32,000 nucleotides of DNA from Candidatus Nitrosotenuis aquarius (GTDB taxonomy: Archaea; Thermoproteota; Nitrososphaeria; Nitrososphaerales; Nitrosopumilaceae), in contig NZ_CP024808.1 in NCBI RefSeq assembly GCF_002787055.1, positions 460,328 through 492,327 of the forward strand. The letters are read 5' to 3'. The position numbers were made by a program, and so were the translations under genes. This document shows, in pieces, positions 22,768-30,274 of this stretch (position 1 is its first letter; each line of letters opens with the position of its first letter). A model generated the notes under the pieces. It worked only from the letters and a program-made list of their open reading frames with translations, was not told where the DNA came from and searched no databases.

Positions 22768-22875
22768 TTACGGATTTGTTAGTCCGCTGATCCTATACAG
22801 AATTGAAATTGCGCCAATTATGACACCTGCAATCCCTAGGCCTATTGCTAGCAAAAGAAAATTCTTCTTTGCCAT
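22768..22875 (-). CDS. Candidate micro-ORF, 35-aa single-pass membrane peptide
   Basis: Below the ORF-track cutoff. My translation gives MAKKNFLLLAIGLGIAGVIIGAISILYRISGLTNP. It lies between the SPOUT gene stop and the L3 promoter. Confidence 0.3.
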   Translation of the reverse strand: MAKKNFLLLAIGLGIAGVIIGAISILYRISGLTNP

Positions 22876-22894
22876 AACACGGTGATGGTGGGAC

Positions 22895-23707
22895 TTAATT
22901 TGAATGTGCCATGTTCAGAATCGACAAGATTCCGATCATGGATTCTTCCATGCGCACAGTATCGGTTGCCTGATTTGGGAAAAAGTTGAATGTTTTTGCG
23001 TTTTGGAATTGGTTTATCTTGTTGCCTAAAATGTCATACAGTCCTCGATCTGGTGCGCCAAAAACCACCAACAAAGGCTTATCGGTGTGACCATATTCTT
23101 GGAGCTGTTTTTGTGTTATTTCTTTGCCTTTTCGTGATGTTAGAATTATGGTGCCACTCCATTCTTCTAGGATTTTGATTAAGCTTGGGCGTTCTTTGAC
23201 TTTGTAGCCCCAATATTGCTTGATTTCGTGCTCTGAGATTTCTTTGAATGTTATCGGATCTGTGGTTTTGATTTGGACTGTGACTCGTTTTTTGTCCCAT
23301 TCTTTTCCATAGTACGGAAGCATTTGGTGAATTCCAATGTCGATGAACTTTTTTCCTTTGTGAAATATGATTGCACCTTCACGTACATCACCGGGCTTGA
23401 TGTTTTTTGGATTCGAGGACAGTGAATGGTGTGGGATTTGCAGAGGATGCATTATTCCTGCATAACGAAGGTCATCTATTTTTGGAAAAATTGTTTTGCG
23501 CAAATATTGTGGCGTTTCCAAATATCGCAGTATGGTTGCCAAGAGTAGCCGATCGGACGTGTTGCCTTGGCCTTCATCGTAGATGAAAATCGTTTGTACG
23601 CCAAAAATCGCACATGCTCTTGCAATTATGGAGACTTTGCGAGACTTGTCTAGCTTGGTTGCTTCGTCTTTAAGACAGGAATCTGGAATTGCTACAGAGA
23701 TATTCAA
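22895..23707 (-). CDS. SPOUT-superfamily RNA methyltransferase (DUF171-like)
   Basis: 270 aa containing ISVAIPDSCLKDEATKLDKSRKVSIIARACAIFGVQTIFIY and LETPQYLRK, a pattern I associate with the archaeal/eukaryotic DUF171 family. TTG start, 6 nt after the psmA stop. Confidence 0.7.
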   Translation of the reverse strand: MNISVAIPDSCLKDEATKLDKSRKVSIIARACAIFGVQTIFIYDEGQGNTSDRLLLATILRYLETPQYLRKTIFPKIDDLRYAGIMHPLQIPHHSLSSNPKNIKPGDVREGAIIFHKGKKFIDIGIHQMLPYYGKEWDKKRVTVQIKTTDPITFKEISEHEIKQYWGYKVKERPSLIKILEEWSGTIILTSRKGKEITQKQLQEYGHTDKPLLVVFGAPDRGLYDILGNKINQFQNAKTFNFFPNQATDTVRMEESMIGILSILNMAHSN

Positions 23708-23713
23708 AAAATT

Positions 23714-24451
23714 CTACGCATTTGGAATTGGGAACTTTTGTTTTCCAAGCTTTGCATAATTTGCAATTTGCTCTGGAGTTACTTTTTCAAATTGCTTGGT
23801 TGATGATTTGATAATTGACATTTTGATGTGGTCTGTCCCTTCTTTTTGATCACTTGCAATGTAGATGCAGGAAGTAGCAAGTGCAGCTGCGTCATCTAAT
23901 GATAGATCATGTTTGAAGTTCTTTTCAAGAAAGTCATTTGCTTGCTCAGAGCCTGCACCAATTGAGACTGCATCATATGCGATGTAGGTTCCACTGGGAT
24001 CAGTCAGATATAGTGAGTTACCATTAGAGTCGACGCCACCAATGATTAATGCGACGCCGAATGGTCTTGCTCCACCAAACTGAGTGTATTGTTGGCATTG
24101 GTCTGCAAGATGTTTTGCGACTGTTTCAACGTCTACGGCTTCATCGTAAATTATCCTGTTACTCTGTGAGAAAAATCTCGCATTGTCTGCTTGACTTCGG
24201 GCATCCGGAATGTAGCCAGCTGCTGCAAATCCGATGTGTTCATCAATTTGGAAAATTTTATGAGCTGATTCAGAGATTTGTAATTTGCGTGGTTTTTCTT
24301 CTACTGCCATTACAATTCCGTCTTTGCTTTTAATACCAACTGCGATTGCTCCGCGTCGTACTGTTTCGATTGCGTATTCTACTTGATAGAGTCGTCCATC
24401 CGGAGAAAATATTGTAATAGCTCTGTCATAGCCTTGTTGAGAAGGAAGCAA
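23714..24451 (-). CDS. psmA: Proteasome subunit alpha
   Basis: GYDRAITIFSPDGRLYQVEYA is the N-terminal signature. 245 aa, TTG start. Confidence 0.95.
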   Translation of the reverse strand: MLPSQQGYDRAITIFSPDGRLYQVEYAIETVRRGAIAVGIKSKDGIVMAVEEKPRKLQISESAHKIFQIDEHIGFAAAGYIPDARSQADNARFFSQSNRIIYDEAVDVETVAKHLADQCQQYTQFGGARPFGVALIIGGVDSNGNSLYLTDPSGTYIAYDAVSIGAGSEQANDFLEKNFKHDLSLDDAAALATSCIYIASDQKEGTDHIKMSIIKSSTKQFEKVTPEQIANYAKLGKQKFPIPNA

Positions 24452-24503
24452 TTCTGTTTTGAGATCTTTGAAAGTTTAATTTAAGTCTAGTCATGCGTGA
24501 ATC

Positions 24504-24920
24504 GTGCGATTTGAGATTCCATTTTTCGGACATGAAAACGTGCGGGCGCTACACACAAGGACAATAGAGATCACAACAGAACACGATCTGACACTTCAAG
24601 GAGACTGCATAGTCGGGGTTGGTGCAGATCATGGTTGTGTGAGCATACCAGAAAATCTAAAAGAAAAACTCCGCCGATCTGAATCAAAGATAATAATTAC
24701 AATTCAAGTTGATGATGAAGAGTTTGTCATCGAGGGCAAAGGTCATGAAGATCTCAGACTAGAAAACCCCCACGACATTGTAATTAGGAAAAGTAATTTT
24801 CTTTGTCCGCGAACCTTGGCAATTGGATGCGACAAGGCATCTGATGATATTCCAAGAAAAATGATAAAAAAATTACAAAACCCTAAAACAAAAGGATTGT
24901 TTGTAATCGAAGTTACTTGA
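24504..24920 (+). CDS. DUF371-like conserved archaeal protein
   Basis: 138 aa containing FFGHENVRALHTRTIEITTEHDLTLQGDCIVGVGAD, which matches my recollection of the DUF371 pattern. GTG start. Confidence 0.6.
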   Translation: MRFEIPFFGHENVRALHTRTIEITTEHDLTLQGDCIVGVGADHGCVSIPENLKEKLRRSESKIIITIQVDDEEFVIEGKGHEDLRLENPHDIVIRKSNFLCPRTLAIGCDKASDDIPRKMIKKLQNPKTKGLFVIEVT

Positions 24921-25431
24921 TCTTTTTTTGTCCTGTAAGGTCCTTGTTTTCAAGAACATTTGCCATAGCCCGATTTACGATTTCGGTGAGGACAAATTCA
25001 TTGTAAGCAGATTCTGACTTTTTTTGTAGTGCCGGCTTTTTTGCAATACCTTCTAGAATTTTCTCAATTTTTGCGGATGTTATTTTTATCATCGAGGAGT
25101 ATTTCGAATCAAAGTCTTTTGATGATGAATTTGAGAACAGTTTGATTGAGGTACCATAGAATTTTGCAATGGCCCCCCTCACTTCTTCAATTTTTACTAT
25201 CTCAATTAGGCCTGCTTCTTTGAGAATGTCCAAATGATGTCGGATTGTGGTGATGGCTTTGTTGTGTCCATTTTTTTGGAGTTCCTTTGCGATTTGTTCC
25301 GCTGTTAGTTGTTTGTGATACAGCATTTCCACTATCTTTACTCTGGCAGGATCTTCCAGGGCCTTTGCGTGTTCAACTGAGATGCTTACCACTCGGTTGA
25401 CCTTGATTGTTTTTTCTAGTAATGTTGACAT
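24913..25431 (-). CDS. ArsR-family winged-helix transcriptional regulator
   Basis: The wHTH region is ALEDPARVKIVEMLYHKQLTAEQIAKELQ...TIRHHLDILKEAGLIE, followed by a C-terminal helical extension. Confidence 0.7.
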   Translation of the reverse strand: MSTLLEKTIKVNRVVSISVEHAKALEDPARVKIVEMLYHKQLTAEQIAKELQKNGHNKAITTIRHHLDILKEAGLIEIVKIEEVRGAIAKFYGTSIKLFSNSSSKDFDSKYSSMIKITSAKIEKILEGIAKKPALQKKSESAYNEFVLTEIVNRAMANVLENKDLTGQKKIK

Positions 25432-25736
25432 GATACTTGCATCTGAAGCGTTCAGCTAAAAGATCCTAGTATCACATTTTTTTGTCCAATCGCATTAACT
25501 TTTTTACACTACGAAAAATCTCGTAGTGCAAACAGAAATATTGTTTTTGCTACTAGGAATGTAGTTGCAATACAATAACATTAGTAATAATGTTATAATT
25601 CTAGTATCAAAACTAGTAATTTGAAAAAATCTAAAAATTTGGCAGCTTGGGAAACTTTGGTTCCAAAATGAATGTAAGGATGGCATCAGAATGGTTGGCT
25701 CAACTCGCAATTCGAGTTGAAAATAATACTTTGTGC

Positions 25737-26561
25737 CTAAAGAGTCTTGCCAGAAATTAGTTTGTAGGAATCTACGTATCGACTTGACATTTTTTGTATA
25801 ATCTCAGGCGGTATGGAGGGCGCTATTGGTTCTTTGCCTGCCTTTCTTGCATCATCAAATTGTTTTTGATATCCGTTTGCAGTAAGCCAATCACGCAGAA
25901 TTTGTTTGTCGTAGGACTCTTGTATCTTGCCTACGACATATGTCTCCTTTGGCCACATTCGGTATTCATCTGGACCTATTGAATCACCTAGTGTGATTAC
26001 CCCATCAAGCTTGCCAAACTCCAGTTTGAGGTCTGCCAGTATGAATCCTGCGGCATCTGCAATCCCGTACATTGTATCATAGATTTCAAGCGATTTGGAT
26101 TCTAGGAAATTGTATTCGTCCTCAGTTACTAGTTTTCGTTCTAGTGCAATTTTTTTGTTGATTGGTTCATCATGTTCTGATTTTGTTGTAGGATCAAAGA
26201 TCGGCTTTGGCAGTTTGGCCGCAATTTCGGTTTTGCTCCCTTCTGGAATTACGATTTCGCCTGCATTCCATCGTGAAATTAGGCTACCATAGAAATATCC
26301 ACGTACTACACATTCTACAGGAATCATTTGCATTTTTTTGACAATGATTTCATTTTTTGAAACCGATTTTACAAAGTGATTTTTGACAGGTAGTTTCTCA
26401 AACCAGAATTCTGCAAATTTTGTTAGTGCTTCGCCTTTGTGTGGTATCGGATCATGAAACTTGACATCATATGCAGATACACGATCGCTGAATTTGAAAA
26501 GTAGAGTGCCATCTTCCATGTCATAGACGTCTTTTACCTTACCAGAACCTATGAATTTCAA
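25737..26561 (-). CDS. purC: Phosphoribosylaminoimidazole-succinocarboxamide (SAICAR) synthase
   Basis: 274 aa containing GKVKDVY, SDRVSAYD and ADLKLEFG. Confidence 0.9.
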   Translation of the reverse strand: MKFIGSGKVKDVYDMEDGTLLFKFSDRVSAYDVKFHDPIPHKGEALTKFAEFWFEKLPVKNHFVKSVSKNEIIVKKMQMIPVECVVRGYFYGSLISRWNAGEIVIPEGSKTEIAAKLPKPIFDPTTKSEHDEPINKKIALERKLVTEDEYNFLESKSLEIYDTMYGIADAAGFILADLKLEFGKLDGVITLGDSIGPDEYRMWPKETYVVGKIQESYDKQILRDWLTANGYQKQFDDARKAGKEPIAPSIPPEIIQKMSSRYVDSYKLISGKTL

Positions 26562-26628
26562 ATTACACTCAAGATCTAAAGCAAAACCAGTCGTTATAAC
26601 AATTTTTGAGTGGATTTTTAATTATGAT

Positions 26629-27921
26629 ATGGTAAGAAAAGACGTGAAGATTCTTCTTTTGGCTCTGTGTGTCTCCATGTCATTTTTGCCTGCCTTTGCA
26701 AGCCATACTGGGAATAGTGGAGATTCAGGTCCGGTCATATACGATCAAGGCCTAACAGTAGAACGCTATGTCAATGAAGGCATTCCAAACAGCCCAACTA
26801 CAATGGCCTTTGTTGGCGACAACCTATTGGTGTTGGAGCGATATACCGGACTGGTAAGATTGGTGCGAGACGGTCAGCTCAGTCCGTGGCCTGTCCTAGA
26901 CGTGTCGGTTGCAAAAGATGGAGAGCGGGGAATGCTTGGAATCACCACAATAGGAAATGATGTTTATCTTTATTTTACGGCGGCAGATTCTGACGCAGGT
27001 AAAGCAATAGAGAATAGAGTTTTCAAATATACTTGGAATGGGGACAAGCTTGTTGATCCAGTATTGCTAAAGACGTTACCAAGCGATAACTTTTATCACA
27101 ATGGTGGCGCAATGACAAACCACAACGGTCAAGTCTATGCAGTAATTGGAGATAATGGGAATTATGGTTGGCTGCAGAATAGGCCCCATGAATGGAAAAA
27201 TGACACCAGCGTGATTTTACGAGTCGACCCACCCGGCCCATATTATGCAATTGGAATTAGAAACAGCTTTGGCCTTGTAATCGATCCTGTTACTGGCAAC
27301 CTTTGGGATACTGAAAACGGGCCTGACGAATATGACGAGATCAATTTTGTGCCAGAGAACTTTAACAGTGGTTGGATTGAGATTATGGGTCCAACAGACA
27401 ATCAAACCAAAATTGATTCATTGCCAAAATACGAAAATTATGCATACAGCAATCCCGAATTTAGCTGGCAAAAACCCGTCGCCCCCACAGCAATTGAATT
27501 TGGCAGTAAGGAACTAGGACAAGAGAACAAGGTCTTTGTAGTTGACTGCAACACAGGCAATCTCTACAGATTTACCCTCAATCCAGATAGAACGGGTTTT
27601 ATTTTTGAATCGCCTGATTTGCAAGACTTGGTGCTAAATGTAGACGATTCACCAGATGAAATCATAGTTGGAAGTGGATTTGGTTGTTCGACGGATATTG
27701 AGCTAGGTCCTGACGGATTCTTGTACATTTTGTCATTGTCACAGGGGGCGATTTACAGAATAATCCCCACAGCATCAGGCGAGCAGCCAATCCCAGATGC
27801 ACCAAAAACAGAATTCCCAATAGAATACATACTGACCACATCTGCGATTGTTGCAACCATAATAGTTGCAGTTGTTGCTGCAATGTTGGTCAGAGTGATA
27901 ATAAAGAAAAGAAAATCCTAA
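26629..27921 (+). CDS. PQQ-dependent sugar (glucose/sorbosone) dehydrogenase-like beta-propeller, secreted, with a C-terminal TM anchor
   Basis: The signal peptide is MVRKDVKILLLALCVSMSFLPAFA. GSDH-type motifs are GERGMLGI, HNGG and IGIRNSFGLVIDPVTGNLWDTENGPDEYDEINFV. The C-terminus is TEFPIEYILTTSAIVATIIVAVVAAMLVRVIIKKRKS. ATG at 26629 was chosen because the track start at 26551 overlaps the purC start. Confidence 0.8.
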   Translation: MVRKDVKILLLALCVSMSFLPAFASHTGNSGDSGPVIYDQGLTVERYVNEGIPNSPTTMAFVGDNLLVLERYTGLVRLVRDGQLSPWPVLDVSVAKDGERGMLGITTIGNDVYLYFTAADSDAGKAIENRVFKYTWNGDKLVDPVLLKTLPSDNFYHNGGAMTNHNGQVYAVIGDNGNYGWLQNRPHEWKNDTSVILRVDPPGPYYAIGIRNSFGLVIDPVTGNLWDTENGPDEYDEINFVPENFNSGWIEIMGPTDNQTKIDSLPKYENYAYSNPEFSWQKPVAPTAIEFGSKELGQENKVFVVDCNTGNLYRFTLNPDRTGFIFESPDLQDLVLNVDDSPDEIIVGSGFGCSTDIELGPDGFLYILSLSQGAIYRIIPTASGEQPIPDAPKTEFPIEYILTTSAIVATIIVAVVAAMLVRVIIKKRKS

Positions 27922-27971
27922 CCAGATAGATAGTACAAAAATTTATCAATAGATTTTCCCAAAACCATACA

Positions 27972-28178
27972 ATGCGCGACATAAATGAAATCATGCCCAA
28001 GATCCCAAACATGAAGTGGGGGGCACTAACCAACAGATACCCTACAAACAATAATGTCAAAGAGCTAGACAAAATGCTGCCACATGACAAGAAATGGCAC
28101 ACAGTATTTGATTATGAGGACCAAGTTTATGTCGACGATGTTCGAGTCTGGAAAAAGGACAAAAAAGCCTGGACTTAG
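27972..28178 (+). CDS. Hypothetical small protein
   Basis: 68-aa ORF with no recognisable motif. Its 3' end overlaps the convergent gene by 4 nt. Confidence 0.3.
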   Translation: MRDINEIMPKIPNMKWGALTNRYPTNNNVKELDKMLPHDKKWHTVFDYEDQVYVDDVRVWKKDKKAWT

Positions 28179-28561
28179 CTTCCCATCATTCCAACCATTT
28201 TGGGTGGAGCCCTATACTCTTTGATGATTGATATTCCATTGTCTGCAGTTACCACTACTTGTTGTAAGGAATTGTCTTCTGGAGGAGATAAAATCACCTT
28301 TTGTCCTGGCTCTAGTGTCCCCAGTGGTTGAATGTCGCCATTGCCAAAGTTTACCACAATGTTGGTAAGAGGTTTAGAGCCAGTGTTTTGAATCATCACT
28401 CTGGCTGTGACAAAAAGATTTTGTGGGTCTTTGAACGGGTCCACATCTATCTGATATTCTTGTGTAGATATGACACCTTTTGTTAGTGACAGTACAGTAA
28501 GAATTCCAATTATTGCAATTGCTGCAACACCCGCAATGATAAAGAACCTGTATGTCGCCAC
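28175..28561 (-). CDS. Membrane-anchored protein with a CARDB-like beta-sandwich domain
   Basis: It has an N-terminal TM segment (FFIIAGVAAIAIIGILTVLSL) followed by VTARVMIQNTGSKPLTNIVVNF...LEPGQKVILS, typical of CARDB-type domains. GTG start. Confidence 0.55.
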   Translation of the reverse strand: MATYRFFIIAGVAAIAIIGILTVLSLTKGVISTQEYQIDVDPFKDPQNLFVTARVMIQNTGSKPLTNIVVNFGNGDIQPLGTLEPGQKVILSPPEDNSLQQVVVTADNGISIIKEYRAPPKMVGMMGS

Positions 28562-28592
28562 AGCGTGATTTTAGCTAAAGTTGCTATTAAGA

Positions 28593-28838
28593 CTATTTTC
28601 CGCCTTGTTCTGGAATTGTAGATAATGTAGTAGTCGATACCACGTTTTTGGTCTTGCGGATTTGCTTTGTTATGATATCAGAGACTACCTTGTGGTTTTG
28701 CCCCACCACTTTGACAAACAAATCATACATTCCGTATGTCCCATGGGCTTCTTTTACTCCGTCGATTTTGAGTATGTCACGCATGACATCCATTTCGTGC
28801 GCCGTTTCGCACTTTACAAGAACAAATGCAATTTCCAT
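28593..28838 (-). CDS. Stand-alone Lrp/AsnC-type ligand-binding (RAM) domain protein
   Basis: 81 aa reading MEIAFVLVKCETAHEMDVMRDILKIDGVKEAHGTYGMYDLFVKVVGQN...VSTTTLSTI, the beta-alpha-beta-beta-alpha-beta RAM pattern with no HTH domain. Its ATG overlaps the purF TAA stop by 1 nt. Confidence 0.75.
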   Translation of the reverse strand: MEIAFVLVKCETAHEMDVMRDILKIDGVKEAHGTYGMYDLFVKVVGQNHKVVSDIITKQIRKTKNVVSTTTLSTIPEQGGK

Positions 28839-30274
28839 TATTCCCCTTTCATCTCCTCACGGGTTTTAAACTGTGGCTTTATTCCCAGGGTCTCATAGTT
28901 TCCCGTAGTGCATGTAAAGCACATCGAATTGTGTGGAATTCCTACCGCAGTCGCCAAGTTTTGTGCGTCATTATATCCTAAAAAGTCTGCACCAATGTCG
29001 CTCCTAATTTTCTCAATGATTTCTTGTTCGGTTCTGTCTTGGTTTGCCCCAGTTGCCAGCTCGTCTTGCGATGGAAAGTCAATTCCAGCATAGCATGGAT
29101 ATTTGATTGGAGGATATGTGATCAGCATACTGATTTTTTTGGCACCAGCACGTCTGAGTGCTTTGATGATTGCCTTGGAGCTCGTACCGCGGACCAGACT
29201 GTCATCAATTACTACAACATGCTTGCCATTTATTATTTCAGAAATAGGTATGATCCAGCGATTTATCTCGACTCTGTCTGACTGGTGTGGCTCAATGAAG
29301 CTTCGCAGTGGTCCCTTCTTGCTGTATCTGTCCTTGAGCAGCCCTTCATCAAATATCAATCCTAGCTCTTGCGCATAACCTAATGCAGCCGGTCTTGCAG
29401 AGTCCGGAACTGGGATTACCAAGTCTGCATCTTTTATTGGGAATTTTTTTGCCAAGAATTGTCCGATTCTTTTTCTTGCGACATAGATGTTTGTTCCCTC
29501 CATTTTAGATGTCGGGTGTGCAAAATATGTGAATTCAAACGAGCAATGAGAGCGCTGTTTTGCCTCCGAGAACATTTCTGTTTCCATACCAGTCTTGCTG
29601 AACTTGAGCAGCTCTCCGGGAACAACATCTCGAACCAGTTTTGCCCCTATTGCAGAAAGCGCCGATGACTCTGACGCCACAATTGAAACTCCGCCTTCTT
29701 CCTTAGAGCCTAAAACCATCGGTCGGAATCCACGCGGATCGCGCGCTGCATAGACGGCATTATCGTCAGATACAAAAGTAAAGCAATACGAGCCTGCCAT
29801 TTCGTTTTTGAGAATGGATAGTGCAGATCCAAGTTTTCCATTAGTGGACATCAATGATACTAGGCGTTGTGCGGCAATCATGGTGTCACTAGAGTTTTGC
29901 GGGGTGAATGTACAACCACCAACCATGTTTGCTAGCTCCGCAACATTGGCAATTGTTCCATTGTGGGCAATGCAAAGATCCTTGACTTTGAGCGGTTGTG
30001 CGTTTTCTAGGCTGCTTCGTCCAACCGTAGAATATCTCACATGGCCAATCGCTGCAGGCGATGCGTATTCTTCTGTTATTTTTTGAAATTCGGATGATGC
30101 CGCAGAAACTAGACCCAATCGTTTCACGGGAGTCTTGTTTGGAACTGCTATCCCCCAAGCCTCTTGGCCTCGGTGTTGTAGTGCACGTAATGCATCAATT
30201 ACCATAGGTATTACATTAGAGCCATCTCTTGAGAAAATTCCCACTACACCACAATTCTCTTTTACTTTAGGCAT
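28838..30274 (-). CDS. purF: Amidophosphoribosyltransferase
   Basis: MPKVKENCGVVGIF (propeptide plus the N-terminal nucleophile Cys), GHVRYST, the PRTase motif VVVIDDSLVRGTS, and a C-terminal cysteine cluster. Confidence 0.95.
   Translation of the reverse strand: MPKVKENCGVVGIFSRDGSNVIPMVIDALRALQHRGQEAWGIAVPNKTPVKRLGLVSAASSEFQKITEEYASPAAIGHVRYSTVGRSSLENAQPLKVKDLCIAHNGTIANVAELANMVGGCTFTPQNSSDTMIAAQRLVSLMSTNGKLGSALSILKNEMAGSYCFTFVSDDNAVYAARDPRGFRPMVLGSKEEGGVSIVASESSALSAIGAKLVRDVVPGELLKFSKTGMETEMFSEAKQRSHCSFEFTYFAHPTSKMEGTNIYVARKRIGQFLAKKFPIKDADLVIPVPDSARPAALGYAQELGLIFDEGLLKDRYSKKGPLRSFIEPHQSDRVEINRWIIPISEIINGKHVVVIDDSLVRGTSSKAIIKALRRAGAKKISMLITYPPIKYPCYAGIDFPSQDELATGANQDRTEQEIIEKIRSDIGADFLGYNDAQNLATAVGIPHNSMCFTCTTGNYETLGIKPQFKTREEMKGE

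Noticed and set aside
25504-25710. 68-aa minus-strand ORF in the purC/ArsR intergenic region
   Set aside because: Its composition is typical of translated AT-rich non-coding DNA (runs of F, L, I, S). It spans three of the four perfect hairpins there and has no promoter spacing or motif.
26551-26628. Upstream start (26551) for the GSDH-like protein
   Set aside because: It would overlap the divergent purC start codon region and add 26 non-signal residues. ATG 26629 gives a classical signal peptide.
28593-28838. Identification of the 81-aa protein downstream of purF as PurS
   Set aside because: The size and operon context fit PurS, but the sequence follows the Lrp/AsnC RAM pattern (AFVLVK...V...HGTYGMYDLFVKV...) and lacks the PurS DPQG-type motif. 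This needs profile comparison to be certain.
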